DNA of 64,000 nt from Thermodesulfobacteriota bacterium (GCA_965207685.1 OZ242294.1:1226677-1290676); one strand, 5' to 3'; positions 9,197 to 19,999 are shown, counted from the stretch's first letter. The notes: generated by a model from the sequence alone, not told the origin. Numbers and translations: made by a program.

Positions 9197-10552
9197 ATGG
9201 AAAATCTGACGAAAGCCCCCCTTCCAAGCAACGAAGAAGCGGAACGCGCGGTACTGGGTTCCATACTCATTGAAAGCAGCTCGATAAATCAGGTCCTCGA
9301 AATTCTCATAGCCGAGGACTTCTATAACGAAAGCCACTCCAAGATAATGAACTCCATGATAGATCTTGACAGGGAGGGCACACCCATCGACGTTCTCACC
9401 CTGTATGAGTGGATGGGCTCCAAGGGGATTATAGAAGAAGTCGGGGGGGCCGCCTACCTCACCTACCTGGTCTCGACCGTTCCCACGGCGGGAAACGTCG
9501 CTCATTACGCGAGGATAGTAAAAGACAAGTCCGTTCTGAGAAAACTGGTGCTCACCGCGACCGACATAGCGCACCGCGGGTACGGGCCCGACATTGAAGT
9601 CGACGAGTTCCTAGACAGGGCGGAGCAGTCAATCCTCGACATTGCCCAGAACAAGATAAAGCCGAGCTTCTGGCACTCTAGGGACCTTGCGCCGGTGGCG
9701 ATAGACAATATCGAGCAGCTCTACAAGAAAAAGGAGCTCATAACCGGCTTAAGAACCGGCTTTGAGAAACTTGACCACCTGACCTCGGGTCTTCAGAAAT
9801 CAGATCTCGTGATAATCGCCGCGCGCCCCGGGGCGGGGAAAACCTCGCTCTGCCTCAACATAATAAGCAACGCCGCGCTGAACGAAGATCTCTCGGTCGC
9901 CATGTTCTCACTTGAGATGACGAAGGAGCAGCTCATGATGAGACTTCTTTCCATAAACTCGAAAGTCAGTTTTTCGGCGATGCGAAGCGGGTACATAAGG
10001 GATAACGACCTGGAAAGGCTGTTTGATTCAGCCGAGAGGTACGCGAGCGCGAGCATTTTCATAGACGACACCCCGGCGCTTACCGTACTCGAGATAAGGG
10101 CGAAGGCGAGACGACTTAAAAAGGACAACCGTCTCGACCTGATCGTGGTCGACTATCTGCAGCTCATGAGAGGCAGTTCGAGAAATGAAACCCGGGAGAG
10201 GGAGATAGCGGAGATCTCGGGCGCCCTCAAGGCGCTCGCCAAGGAACTTGACGTTCCGGTAATAGGAATTTCCCAGCTAAGCCGCCAGACCGAAACCAGA
10301 ACCGACCGCCGTCCCCAGCTCTCAGACCTCAGGGAGAGCGGAGCCATAGAGCAGGACGCAGACGTGGTGCTTTTCATTCACCGCCAGGACATATACAGGA
10401 AAAACCCCGAGGAAAAAGACGGCATGGCGGAACTCATAATCGGAAAGCAGAGAAACGGTCCCACGGGAACCGTGAAGCTGGTGTTTCTTGAGCAAAACGG
10501 AGTTCCGAGCTTCGAGAATCCTTCGGACGAGTTCGAGGAGGGATTAGTCTAG
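9197..10552 (+). CDS. dnaB: replicative DNA helicase
   Basis: 451 aa. DnaB N-terminal domain (AERAVLGSIL), Walker A (ARPGAGKTS) and the RecA-like helicase motifs (SLEM, VDYLQLM, SQLSR). Confidence 0.9.
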   Translation: MENLTKAPLPSNEEAERAVLGSILIESSSINQVLEILIAEDFYNESHSKIMNSMIDLDREGTPIDVLTLYEWMGSKGIIEEVGGAAYLTYLVSTVPTAGNVAHYARIVKDKSVLRKLVLTATDIAHRGYGPDIEVDEFLDRAEQSILDIAQNKIKPSFWHSRDLAPVAIDNIEQLYKKKELITGLRTGFEKLDHLTSGLQKSDLVIIAARPGAGKTSLCLNIISNAALNEDLSVAMFSLEMTKEQLMMRLLSINSKVSFSAMRSGYIRDNDLERLFDSAERYASASIFIDDTPALTVLEIRAKARRLKKDNRLDLIVVDYLQLMRGSSRNETREREIAEISGALKALAKELDVPVIGISQLSRQTETRTDRRPQLSDLRESGAIEQDADVVLFIHRQDIYRKNPEEKDGMAELIIGKQRNGPTGTVKLVFLEQNGVPSFENPSDEFEEGLV

Positions 10553-11181
10553 ACTATGAATGGCTTTACGACCGCCTTGGACTTTGATTCCTTGAGATAA
10601 AGGGCGGGAGAGCGCTGCCAGGCGACGAATTTTTCGTAGATTTCTCCGAACTTCTGCCTGACCGAGGTCCAGTGAAAATCCCAGTCGTAGTTCCTCGGCC
10701 TGTCTGAAAAAAACATTTCGGAGAATATGGCGCTCTCCTCCGGGAGCCCCTTCTCCACGATCCAGCCTGTTCTCACGTTCGCGTAGCCGCTGGCAAACCC
10801 CATAGCCAGCGTTCCCTCGAGGCCGAGGCGCAGCGCTGCCGCGTTCACAAGCTCAACATAGACGTAGAGGGCTTCTGTTGTACGGTAGCTTTTCTCCGGG
10901 AACTTCTCCCGGAACTCGCGCAGGTTATTCACAAGATACATCGGATAATAGGTGGGAGAGTAAACCGAAACGGATTTCGTCGGACTCCCAAGCGGCTCGC
11001 GCGTTATCGTTTCCCCGGAAATCGTCCCGAGCATGAAATCATCCCCGCAAAAATCCCCCGTATCCCCGCAAAGAGCCAGGGAAACCCTTATCTTCTCCCA
11101 TTCTTCTCTGGCAATTTCGCTTGCGCGCGTTATCTCGCTGGCCGTCTCGTCAGCCGAAACAAGTTCTTCAAGTGAAGGCAT
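10549..11181 (-). CDS. hypothetical protein
   Basis: 210-aa ORF with coding-like composition, 4-bp overlap with the dnaB stop. I did not recognise a family. Confidence 0.4.
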   Translation of the reverse strand: MPSLEELVSADETASEITRASEIAREEWEKIRVSLALCGDTGDFCGDDFMLGTISGETITREPLGSPTKSVSVYSPTYYPMYLVNNLREFREKFPEKSYRTTEALYVYVELVNAAALRLGLEGTLAMGFASGYANVRTGWIVEKGLPEESAIFSEMFFSDRPRNYDWDFHWTSVRQKFGEIYEKFVAWQRSPALYLKESKSKAVVKPFIV

Positions 11182-11243
11182 CTGAAATAAAAATTCTCCT
11201 CGGCTTCAATATACATACACGGGGGGATTTATCAAAAAAGCGC

Positions 11244-11690
11244 TCAGGGCAAAAACCTCTCTCTCTCCTCAGGGGACGGCACGCGGCATGTGTCCCGTTT
11301 TCCGAAAATACTGTAGCGGTTCCTCGATACGATCCCGTAAAAATAGTCTTTTACAGGCCGGGGGACACATATTAGGAGCGCGGGAAGTGTCCAGAGACCT
11401 CCGAGCCTCCTAAGAACGAGCAAAACGGCGTCGGCGCCCTCATGAACCCCATTTTTATCAACATAGGCGATTTTCCACTCGCGCGGGGGCTCCTTCTGGT
11501 AAAGGGAAAATTCAGCAGCCGTCTCCCCCTGAACCGGGGAAAAGAATATTTCCCGGTGGACATCCGCCCACATCACAAAATCGACGAACCTGTTGCAGAA
11601 CCCGCACACGCCGTCAAAGAAAATCACTGGTTTTTCTGACCCCAGAATCTGTATCTCCCGTTTACGTAAGCTCCCGTATAAGGGTTTCAT
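11244..11690 (-). CDS. thiol-disulfide oxidoreductase DCC family protein (DUF393)
   Basis: FDGVCGFCN motif near the N-terminus, ~140 aa. The exact start is uncertain because it overlaps the next gene by 29 bp. Confidence 0.7.
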   Translation of the reverse strand: MKPLYGSLRKREIQILGSEKPVIFFDGVCGFCNRFVDFVMWADVHREIFFSPVQGETAAEFSLYQKEPPREWKIAYVDKNGVHEGADAVLLVLRRLGGLWTLPALLICVPRPVKDYFYGIVSRNRYSIFGKRDTCRVPSPEERERFLP

Positions 11691-12135
11691 GCTGGGGAAA
11701 TCTCAGCAGAAGGCTCTCCTGCGCGCCGAGTTCGAAATCCTCGAACTCAAACCCCGGGGCCATCGTAGTTCCCATAAAAGCATATCCGTGCTCCCCCTCC
11801 ACCACCATTGCGCCCTGCCAGGTCCCCCTGGGAACCACAAGCTGGGTCCTCTGGCCGGAGGGAAGATTATCGCCCATGAACACTATCCTCGATTCTCCCG
11901 TAGGATAGAGAAGCAGCATCTGGACGGGATCACCGAAGTAAAAATGGAAAATCTCGTCCGAATTCACCCTGTGCATTTTGGAATTCGCCTCCGATGTTAT
12001 AAGGTAGTAAATAGCAGTTGAAAGATTGCGGTCTTCTCCGGCCATTTCCTCGCTTCTGTAAGTCTCCTTGTAGTATCCCCCCTCGCCGGGAAGCTTTTTC
12101 AGCCCGAGTCTCTGTATAAGGTGGTCGGCTTTCAT
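11662..12135 (-). CDS. cupin-domain protein (DUF985-like)
   Basis: 157 aa, beta-rich, with a Gly/His pattern typical of small cupins. The family call is from memory. Confidence 0.55.
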   Translation of the reverse strand: MKADHLIQRLGLKKLPGEGGYYKETYRSEEMAGEDRNLSTAIYYLITSEANSKMHRVNSDEIFHFYFGDPVQMLLLYPTGESRIVFMGDNLPSGQRTQLVVPRGTWQGAMVVEGEHGYAFMGTTMAPGFEFEDFELGAQESLLLRFPQHETLIRELT

Positions 12136-12228
12136 GGATTTTCCTCCAGCAAAATTGTTAAAATCAAAGCAGCAATATAATATAATACGTCAGGACGATT
12201 TCACCATACAAAAACGGGGGATATTAAA

Positions 12229-12630
12229 ATGTCAGAAGAAGACACAAAGCCGCAAGAGGGAACAGAGTCAGAAGAGGCAGTGGCCGACAACTTTATGAAC
12301 TCCATAAACATGGCCTTTAACCTCGGAGTAGCGGCCCATCAGGCATCGGGCCAGTCAAAAAGCGTCGTAGAGATCGCAACCGAGCTAGGGAACCAGATAT
12401 ACCAGAATTTCGCACAGGCATACGGCGGCGAGATAAACGAGTCCTTTCTCAAGGCAAACACCGAATACTTTCTCCAGATAGCGCTCATGGGATACATAAT
12501 CCCCGGGGTGTGCGCTTTCGACAACGACTTCAAGGAGAGATTCTTCGCTCTTGTCTACGCCAGAGCTAAGCAGAACCAGCAGAGACAAAGCGGAGGGGAA
12601 CCCGAGGGCGGAAGCAGGATAATAACCTGA
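12229..12630 (+). CDS. hypothetical acidic protein
   Basis: 133-aa ORF with a good RBS-like GGGGGA upstream. No family recognised. Confidence 0.4.
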   Translation: MSEEDTKPQEGTESEEAVADNFMNSINMAFNLGVAAHQASGQSKSVVEIATELGNQIYQNFAQAYGGEINESFLKANTEYFLQIALMGYIIPGVCAFDNDFKERFFALVYARAKQNQQRQSGGEPEGGSRIIT

Positions 12631-12652
12631 GTGCGCCTGCGACCCGAGGCTC

Positions 12653-13774
12653 ATGAAAAAAGTTCTAGGCGGCAGGGAAAAAGTAAAAGTTGCGGTTGCC
12701 CAGACGGCTCCCGTGTTCATGGACAAGGAACGGACCCTTGAGAAGGCCTGTCGCGTGATAAGGGAAGCGGGAGACAACGGGGCGGAGCTTATCGCATTCC
12801 CCGAGGCATTCATACCAGGCTACCCGGCCTACTACACAGTCGGCTACGAAACCCCGCCGCACGACTGGACGGATTTCATGATCGCGCTTCAGGATAACTC
12901 CATAGTGATTCCCGGAGACGACACCGAGATGCTCGCAGAGGCGGCCAGAGCAGCCGACGCTCACGTGGTAATAGGCTGCAACGAGCTTGACGACCGCAAG
13001 GGAAGCCGCACCGTTTACAACTCCCTTCTTTTCATATCGCGCGAAGGCAAGGTGCTCGGCAGGCACAGAAAGCTCATGCCCACCTACACGGAGAGAGTCT
13101 ACTGGGGCCAGGGAGACGGAAGCGACATAACCACCTACGACACCGACATAGGAAGAATAGGGGGACTTGTCTGCTGGGAAAATCACATGGTTCTCGTAAG
13201 GGCCGCGATGGTTCACAGCGGACAGGACTTCCACGTGGCGGTGTGGCCGGGGAACTGGAGGAGAGGAGACGACAAGCTGCTTGCCGCCGAAACGGAGGAT
13301 CCCGGAGCGGGGTGCACGGTGCAACCGCTCATAAGGGTTCACGCGTTTGAATCGGGGGCGTTCGTGTTAAGCGCCTGTGGTTACCTTGACGACGACGATT
13401 TCCCTGAAAGATGGCACTACGTGCGCGACGGCAACCACATGAATTACGACTGGGCTCGAGGAGGAAGCTCCATCGTCAACCCAGCCGGCAGATATCTTTT
13501 TGAACCCCACTTCGAAAAAGATGCGATACTCTACGCCGACTGCTACGCGAACCAGATAAAGGCGGTAAAAGCCGTTTTCGACTCCTTGGGCCACTATTCA
13601 AGGTGGGACGTGGCCAAACTTCTTATTGACAGGGAGAAACGGGAACCCGTGGCGGAAAAAACCGCGGGACTTCGCATATCCTCCCAGAAAATAAAAAGAA
13701 TTTCAGACGAGTACGGGGTTTCTGAGGATAAGCTTGAGGCAATCGCAGAAGAGCTTAAAAAACTTCTTAACTGA
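12653..13774 (+). CDS. nitrilase / carbon-nitrogen hydrolase family protein
   Basis: E-K-C catalytic triad context: FPEAF (Glu), RHRKLMP (Lys), LVCWEN (Cys). 373 aa with a C-terminal extension. Confidence 0.8.
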   Translation: MKKVLGGREKVKVAVAQTAPVFMDKERTLEKACRVIREAGDNGAELIAFPEAFIPGYPAYYTVGYETPPHDWTDFMIALQDNSIVIPGDDTEMLAEAARAADAHVVIGCNELDDRKGSRTVYNSLLFISREGKVLGRHRKLMPTYTERVYWGQGDGSDITTYDTDIGRIGGLVCWENHMVLVRAAMVHSGQDFHVAVWPGNWRRGDDKLLAAETEDPGAGCTVQPLIRVHAFESGAFVLSACGYLDDDDFPERWHYVRDGNHMNYDWARGGSSIVNPAGRYLFEPHFEKDAILYADCYANQIKAVKAVFDSLGHYSRWDVAKLLIDREKREPVAEKTAGLRISSQKIKRISDEYGVSEDKLEAIAEELKKLLN

Positions 13775-13787
13775 GAACAAAAATCTT

Positions 13788-14759
13788 CTATGTCCCGGTC
13801 ATTGCGTCGGAGAGCTGAAGAACCTGTTTTTCCGCGTGGTAAGAGCTCCTGACAAGCGGCCCCGCTTCCACATGCGGGATACCGATTATTTTCTCTCCGT
13901 AGTTTTTAAGAGATTCGAACTCGACGGGGTGGTAGAACCTTGATACCGGTATATGGTCGATAGTGGGCTGCAGATACTGTCCTATGGTGACTATGTCGCA
14001 GCCGGCGCGCTTGAGATCCTTAAGCGTTTTGACGATTTCTTCGAAGTTCTCCCCGAGACCGACCATAATGCCTGACTTGGTAAGCATCCCAGACCTTCCC
14101 GTCTTCGCGGACAGCGAAAGAAGTTCAAGAGACCTGCCGTAGACCGCCTGCGGCCTCACGGACCTCGTTCTTCCCGACTGAGTTTTCTGCGGAAGAGAGT
14201 AGAGTCTCGGGACGGTTTCAATATTATGGTTCAAAACGTCGGGAGATGACGCTATCACTTTGTGAATCGCCTCGGGTTCCCCTTTGAAGTCCGGGATTAG
14301 AACTTCGATTTTTACCCCCGGGGCGCTCTTCCTTACCTCGTTTACGGTCCGTGCGAAGATACAGGCGCTTTCATAGTTTCTGTCATCCCTGTTTACCGAA
14401 GTTATAACTACGTGGGTAATCCGCGCGTTGTTTTTCTGAAGCTCCGCGACCGCCGCGGCCACTCTGGCGGGCTCTTCCCAGTCGAGTTCGCCGCCTTTTC
14501 CCGTTTTCACATGGCAGAAGCCACAGCTTCTCGTGCAGACGTCCCCCAGAATCATAAAAGTGAGCGTTCCGGCCCCCCAGCACTCCCCTATGTTCGGGCA
14601 CTTCGCCTCCTCACACACGGTGTGAAGGCCAAATTCGCGCACCAAGCTCCTAAGCTTGGTATAATTCGGACCGCTTGGGATTCTTGCCTTTATCCATTCG
14701 GGTTTTCTGCGAGTCCCCGTACGGCCAGGCATTTGGGTTTCAGTAATGGCGGAATTCAT
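13788..14759 (-). CDS. lipA: lipoyl synthase
   Basis: Radical-SAM CxxxCxxC (CTRSCGFC) plus the N-terminal auxiliary cluster cysteines (CEEAKCPNIGEC). Full length, 323 aa. Confidence 0.9.
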   Translation of the reverse strand: MNSAITETQMPGRTGTRRKPEWIKARIPSGPNYTKLRSLVREFGLHTVCEEAKCPNIGECWGAGTLTFMILGDVCTRSCGFCHVKTGKGGELDWEEPARVAAAVAELQKNNARITHVVITSVNRDDRNYESACIFARTVNEVRKSAPGVKIEVLIPDFKGEPEAIHKVIASSPDVLNHNIETVPRLYSLPQKTQSGRTRSVRPQAVYGRSLELLSLSAKTGRSGMLTKSGIMVGLGENFEEIVKTLKDLKRAGCDIVTIGQYLQPTIDHIPVSRFYHPVEFESLKNYGEKIIGIPHVEAGPLVRSSYHAEKQVLQLSDAMTGT

Positions 14760-15121
14760 TTCGGTGTCCTGAACACATCACGGGGAGGAGTCTGCTCCCG
14801 GTAGCCGGCAGGTTTGTTCTGCAGAAGCTCCACCTCCAGCTTCCCGACTTTTTTCTCGAGATCCTTCACGGTTTCCCTGCTCCGCCTCAACTCGGACTTC
14901 GTGGAATGGCCTCTGGCAAAAGTCAGCAGAAAAAAAACAAAAGCGCCCAGAAGAAACGAGGCTCCTATTATCCCGGCATTGTAAACCGCCCACGTATTCT
15001 TAAAGGAAAAAAAACCCAGCTCGACTCTGAATACCTGCGTGGCTATCTCGAGGTTCTGTATGAAGAAAACGGCTACAAAACAGCATATGATCAGGAGAAA
15101 AAATCTTTTTACGTGTTTCAT
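14756..15121 (-). CDS. LapA-like (DUF1049) small inner-membrane protein
   Basis: Probable start at MKHVKRFF. Two transmembrane helices followed by a charged coiled tail. Overlaps the lipA start by 4 bp. Confidence 0.5.
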   Translation of the reverse strand: MKHVKRFFLLIICCFVAVFFIQNLEIATQVFRVELGFFSFKNTWAVYNAGIIGASFLLGAFVFFLLTFARGHSTKSELRRSRETVKDLEKKVGKLEVELLQNKPAGYREQTPPRDVFRTPK

Positions 15122-15275
15122 CGGTTGTTTGAAAAACGGTTTCGCTAAACCAGCGTGACCCGTCAAGCGGTACTGTATTGTAGAATATCGGTTTTTCGGG
15201 AAAATACCAGCCGCATCAGGCTGCTGTATAGGCGTTGCAAGACGAAGATTGATATGGAGTAAGCGGAAACCCCGG

Positions 15276-16196
15276 CTAGTAAACCACGTCGGCTATGTAG
15301 TAGAGACCGAAGCCGGTTCTCACGGGAGAGACAAAGGTCACGCGCTCAGACAGGACTTCGGGGAGAACGAAATCAAGTAGCGTTTTTTTCTTCATTGGAT
15401 ACTCCCTGATCCACGAATCCTCATCAAGACCCCCCAGCTTCCTCGCCTCGGCAATGGCGGCCTCAAGAGTCCCGATACGGTCAATCAGGCCGAGTTCCCT
15501 CGCCTGGCTTCCGATGAATATCTTTCCGTCAGAAAGCGAAGCGACTTTCGCCGCAGACAGCTTCCTTCTTTCGGAAATCATGTCCTTGAACTGGGAGTGG
15601 GTGCCGTCTATAAGCGTCTGCAGGTAAGCCTTCTGCGCCTCGGGCATTTTGCGAAGCGGCGAGCCAAGGTCCTTAAACTCCCCGCTTTTTATCACCTCGA
15701 CTTCCACTTTCGCCCACTTAAGCAGTTGCTCGTAGCTTGCAAACTGCGCTATCACGCCGATGCTGCCGGTCACGGTGCCGGGATTGGCATAAATCGTGGG
15801 CGCCGCGCAGGCGATATAGTAACCCCCCGAGGCAGCAACCGTTCCCATGCTGGCCACAACCGGCATTGCCTCGCCCAGACTTCTGAGTTCCTCATATATT
15901 TCCTGGGAGGCCGCGACTGCTCCTCCCGGGGAATTCACCCTTACCACGACAGCCTTTACGGAATCGGTTTCGCGTATTTTTCTTATGCTTTTAATATAGG
16001 GGTCGGGATCGATTATTATGCCGTCGATGTTTACCACCGCCACCCCGTCCCCACCGGGGGTCTGGCCATGGTCGGAGATCAGGACTCCTATGAGGATTCC
16101 TGTGAAACCGATAAGGAATATGACCAGAAGCGAGAGAAAAGTCTTAAGGAAAAAATTGAGGTCGGGAACTCTCACTTCGCTACCCTCCTCAGTCAA
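15276..16196 (-). CDS. sppA: signal peptide peptidase SppA (36K type, S49 family)
   Basis: 306 aa with an N-terminal transmembrane helix and the S49 ClpP-like fold motifs (VVRVNSPGG, GYYIA). Confidence 0.8.
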   Translation of the reverse strand: MTEEGSEVRVPDLNFFLKTFLSLLVIFLIGFTGILIGVLISDHGQTPGGDGVAVVNIDGIIIDPDPYIKSIRKIRETDSVKAVVVRVNSPGGAVAASQEIYEELRSLGEAMPVVASMGTVAASGGYYIACAAPTIYANPGTVTGSIGVIAQFASYEQLLKWAKVEVEVIKSGEFKDLGSPLRKMPEAQKAYLQTLIDGTHSQFKDMISERRKLSAAKVASLSDGKIFIGSQARELGLIDRIGTLEAAIAEARKLGGLDEDSWIREYPMKKKTLLDFVLPEVLSERVTFVSPVRTGFGLYYIADVVY

Positions 16197-17898
16197 GGGC
16201 CTTGAGCTTTTCGTTCAGGATGTCCCCGAGCTTGGAGGAACTCTCCTGCTGGGAAGACACAAAGTCTCTCATCGTGTCTTTTTCCTGCTTCTTTTCAAGC
16301 CTTCTGCGACTGAGATTCACTTGATGCTTAGGCTTGTTAAAACCTGTGACCAGACCGCTTATCTCGTCTCCAACCTTAATGGACTCCTTGCTGAACTCAT
16401 CGTCCTGGAATTCGCGGATGGCGTAAAATCCCGTTACGTTGTCGGCAAGCGCCACGGTGACGCCGCTTTCGAGAATTTCCTCTATCTTGGAGGTAACCAC
16501 GGTCTCGTTTACCTTGTAGTCCCGAAGCACCTTGTTCCACGGGTCCGGGGTGAGCTGCTTGACCCCAAGTCCGATTTTTCTCTGCCTCGGGATGACATTC
16601 AGCACAACAAGCTCTATTTCCTTACCCACGTCTTGGCTTGAGAAAACCTCAAGGGGGCTGATTTCCCCTTCCCACCTCAGATTTTCCGGGCGCACTAGCC
16701 CGACCATGTCCGGTGCAACTTCGACAAAAACCCCGAGTTCCGTGACGTTTCTTATGGTTCCGCTAACCCTGGTGTTAGGAGGATTGTTCCGCTTGAACTC
16801 ATCCCATGGGTTTTCCTGTACCTGCTTTAGGCTCAGCGAAATTCTTCTTTCCTTTGGCTTCACTCCCAGAACCGCGATCTCTATTTCGCTTCCGACTGAA
16901 ACTACTTCACTTGGATGACGGAAATTCTTAACCCAGGAAAGTTCGCTTACGTGCACAAGCCCCTCTATCCCCGGTTCAAGCTCGACGAACACACCGAATT
17001 CCGCCGCGAAGACCACCTTGCCCCTGACTCTATCGCCGACCTTGTATCTTTCCTGTATACTCTCCCACGGATCCTCGGTAGTCTGTTTCACCCCGAGGGT
17101 TATTTTCCCGTTTTCGATCTCAAGGCGAAGAATCTTTACCTGGACGTCCGTGCCCTCTTTAAGGACATCTCCAGGGTGCCTTACCCTCCCCCAGGAAAGT
17201 TCTCCTATCGGGACAAAGCCCTCTATGCCCCCTATGTCCACGAAAGCACCGGCGTCAATTATCTTCACCACGTTTCCAGAAATAGTCTGGCCTTCCGAGA
17301 TGGTGGCAAGCGTTTCCTTTTTCTTCTCCTCCCTCTGTTCTTCGAGAATTACCCTTCTCGACACTACTATGCCGTTATCGTTGTTCTGAATAATGCGGGT
17401 TTCGATAGTCTGGCCTACCATCTCGTCAAAATCCGCAACCGGCCGCAGGCCAACCTGGGAACCGGGAAGAAAGACCTTGAAGGGAGCATGCTGCCCTATG
17501 TCGCAGTTAAAACCGCCTTTAACTCTGTTTAGAATTTTCGCAGAGACTGATTCTTTGTTCTTGAATTTCTCCTCGATCGCCCGCTTTTCTCTGATCTGGT
17601 CTGCTTTCTGTTTGGAAGCCCTGACGGTGTTCGGGTTAGGTCTTTCGACCAGAACCTCTATATCCGAGCCCACCGAGACTTCATATTCGCCGTCTTTGTT
17701 TAGAAATTGGTTTATGGGAACTATGCACTCGAACTTGAACCCCAAGTCTATGAAAACAGCGTCGGAATCAACCCTTATCACCCTTCCTTTCGCTATTTCA
17801 CCGTTCTCGGGCTCGCTTAAGCGCGATTCCATGCTTTCATCAAGCAACTCCTCAAAGCTTTTTTCATTCGAATCCGTAATATCATTATCCTGAATCAT
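16189..17898 (-). CDS. rpsA: 30S ribosomal protein S1
   Basis: 569 aa. Six S1 domains (repeated G.V...G.FV.L motif). Confidence 0.9.
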   Translation of the reverse strand: MIQDNDITDSNEKSFEELLDESMESRLSEPENGEIAKGRVIRVDSDAVFIDLGFKFECIVPINQFLNKDGEYEVSVGSDIEVLVERPNPNTVRASKQKADQIREKRAIEEKFKNKESVSAKILNRVKGGFNCDIGQHAPFKVFLPGSQVGLRPVADFDEMVGQTIETRIIQNNDNGIVVSRRVILEEQREEKKKETLATISEGQTISGNVVKIIDAGAFVDIGGIEGFVPIGELSWGRVRHPGDVLKEGTDVQVKILRLEIENGKITLGVKQTTEDPWESIQERYKVGDRVRGKVVFAAEFGVFVELEPGIEGLVHVSELSWVKNFRHPSEVVSVGSEIEIAVLGVKPKERRISLSLKQVQENPWDEFKRNNPPNTRVSGTIRNVTELGVFVEVAPDMVGLVRPENLRWEGEISPLEVFSSQDVGKEIELVVLNVIPRQRKIGLGVKQLTPDPWNKVLRDYKVNETVVTSKIEEILESGVTVALADNVTGFYAIREFQDDEFSKESIKVGDEISGLVTGFNKPKHQVNLSRRRLEKKQEKDTMRDFVSSQQESSSKLGDILNEKLKALD

Positions 17899-17997
17899 TT
17901 TGTTTAGCCGCCTTTGCCATCAGTCTTTTACTAATAGAGGCAAGACTACACGAAAACTGCTTAAAAAGAAAAAGGCACTTGAGAAGAAAAGTTGTTT

Positions 17998-18672
17998 TCA
18001 ACCGCTGAGAAGGGAAATGTCCTTAACGCGAAGCGCTATCGCGGAAATCACCTCTTCGGCGTTCATGCTGGTCGTATCGATTATTACGGCGTCGGGAGCG
18101 GGGCGAAGGGGATTCTCGGCGCGAAGCGTGTCGCGACAATCCCTTCTGCGAAGTTCATTTTCGACCTCAGAAAGGGAAACATCGCCTCGCCCGATTTGAA
18201 GAAACCTTCTTTTCGCCCTCTCTGAGACCGAGGCTTCAAGGTAGAATTTGCACTTCGCACCGGGAAAAATATACGTTCCCATATCCCTTCCCTCGGCGAC
18301 TATATTTCCTCCCTCCCCGATCTTTCTCTGGATCCCGACGAGAAATTTCCTTACTTCGGCAAGTTCTGCAAGACGGGACGAAAGGGAAGATATCCGCTCC
18401 GTTCTTATGAGCTTCGATACGTCACGTCCGTCAAGTAGAACGTGACCCGCGGGGCCGAACCCCACGGTAGTTTCAGAAAGCAGTCGCGAGAAAGAAGCCG
18501 GATCGCTTGCATCCGCCGCCGCTTCATCCACCTTAAGCGCCACGGCCCTGTACATGGCACCCGTGTCAAGACACCAAAAACCGAGCAGTTCGGCAACTCC
18601 CCTGGCAACGGTGCTTTTCCCCACACCCGAAGGTCCGTCTATTGTAACAATATTGTCCCCGTTTGGCTTCAT
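17998..18672 (-). CDS. cmk: cytidylate kinase
   Basis: Start at the internal Met (MKPNGDNIVTIDGPSGVGKST, P-loop). Sits in the usual aroA-cmk-rpsA arrangement. Confidence 0.85.
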   Translation of the reverse strand: MKPNGDNIVTIDGPSGVGKSTVARGVAELLGFWCLDTGAMYRAVALKVDEAAADASDPASFSRLLSETTVGFGPAGHVLLDGRDVSKLIRTERISSLSSRLAELAEVRKFLVGIQRKIGEGGNIVAEGRDMGTYIFPGAKCKFYLEASVSERAKRRFLQIGRGDVSLSEVENELRRRDCRDTLRAENPLRPAPDAVIIDTTSMNAEEVISAIALRVKDISLLSG

Positions 18673-19958
18673 TTCCGCTCCCCAAGCGCATCGAAAAGCG
18701 GGAAAAATTCGGGAAACGAGATGGAAACACATCCCGCATCCCCAATCACCGTCTCTCCTCGGGCCCGCGTGGCAGCAACGGCAAGAGACATGGCAACCCG
18801 GTGGTCACCACGGCTCTCGCATCGGGCCCCATAAAGCTCACCCGTGCCGTTTATAATCATGCCGTCCTGTGTTTCCCGTATGTCCGCGCCCAGCTTCGAA
18901 AGCTCGCCCGTCATGGCACTTATCCTGTCGGTTTCCTTTACCCGAAGCTCCTCCGCGCCGCTTATCACCGTTTCGCCCTCGGCAAAACACGCGGCCACGG
19001 AAATAACGGGAAGCTCATCTATGGCGCGGGATACTGATTCTCCCTCTATACGCACTGCTCTCAGTGCGCAGTGACGGGCAATTACATCCCCTACCGGCTC
19101 TCCGCAGCACTCGCGGCGGTTCTCAACGGAGATGTCTGCCCCCATTTCCCGCAGGATATCTAGCACTCCCGTTCTAAGCGGGTTAAGCCCCACGTTCTTT
19201 ACCATGATTTCCGATCCCGGGTTTACAAGCGCAGCGACGATAAAAAAAGCCGCCGAAGAGATATCTGAAGGAATTTCAAGTTCGGTTGCCGAAAACTCGA
19301 CGCCCGGGCTTACCGAGACGCGGGTTCCATCCGTCTTCACCGGAACCCCGAAATGGCGGAGCATTCTTTCGGTGTGATCCCGGGTTCTTTCGGGTTCCGT
19401 CACGCTGGTCCGCCCCGCGGCATAGAGTCCCGCAAGCAGAAGCGAGGATTTTACCTGCGCACTAGCCACCGGAGAACGGTAGTCTATTCCCCGAAGTTCC
19501 GAGCCCGTTATGCGAAGCGGGAGGGTCTCTCCCTCTCCCGATATCCTGGCCCCCATGCTTCGAAGCGGAACGGTTACCCTAGACATGGGACGTCGGCGAA
19601 GCGAAGAGTCACCGGTAATGGTGGAAGAGAAGCTCTGGGCGCTCAGAATCCCCGCAAGCAGCCTGGCGGTGGTTCCCGAGTTCTCGGCGTCTATAATCTT
19701 GCGGGGCGCCTCGAGGCCGAAAAGGCCTTTCCCCGGAATCTCTACCTCTCCCGCGTCCACGTCCACACCGATTCCCATACCTCTAAAAGCGTTCGCGGTA
19801 GCGAGGGTGTCACGGGAAGCCAGAAACCCGGTCACTCTGGTTTTTCCCCGTGCGAGTGAGCCCAGAATGATCGCCCTGTGGGAAATGGATTTATCCCCGG
19901 GAGGGGCTATCTCTCCCGAAAACGTGCGGGGTTTTTCCTTGAGTATGAAATCGGACAT
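18669..19958 (-). CDS. aroA: 3-phosphoshikimate 1-carboxyvinyltransferase (EPSP synthase)
   Basis: Start at MSDFILKEK. Contains the LGNSGT-equivalent (AENSGTTARLL) and the overall EPSPS fold. The stop overlaps the cmk start. Confidence 0.85.
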   Translation of the reverse strand: MSDFILKEKPRTFSGEIAPPGDKSISHRAIILGSLARGKTRVTGFLASRDTLATANAFRGMGIGVDVDAGEVEIPGKGLFGLEAPRKIIDAENSGTTARLLAGILSAQSFSSTITGDSSLRRRPMSRVTVPLRSMGARISGEGETLPLRITGSELRGIDYRSPVASAQVKSSLLLAGLYAAGRTSVTEPERTRDHTERMLRHFGVPVKTDGTRVSVSPGVEFSATELEIPSDISSAAFFIVAALVNPGSEIMVKNVGLNPLRTGVLDILREMGADISVENRRECCGEPVGDVIARHCALRAVRIEGESVSRAIDELPVISVAACFAEGETVISGAEELRVKETDRISAMTGELSKLGADIRETQDGMIINGTGELYGARCESRGDHRVAMSLAVAATRARGETVIGDAGCVSISFPEFFPLFDALGERK

Positions 19959-19999
19959 CTTCTGACTGAGAATTATATACCAGTACCCTTCTGAAAGCT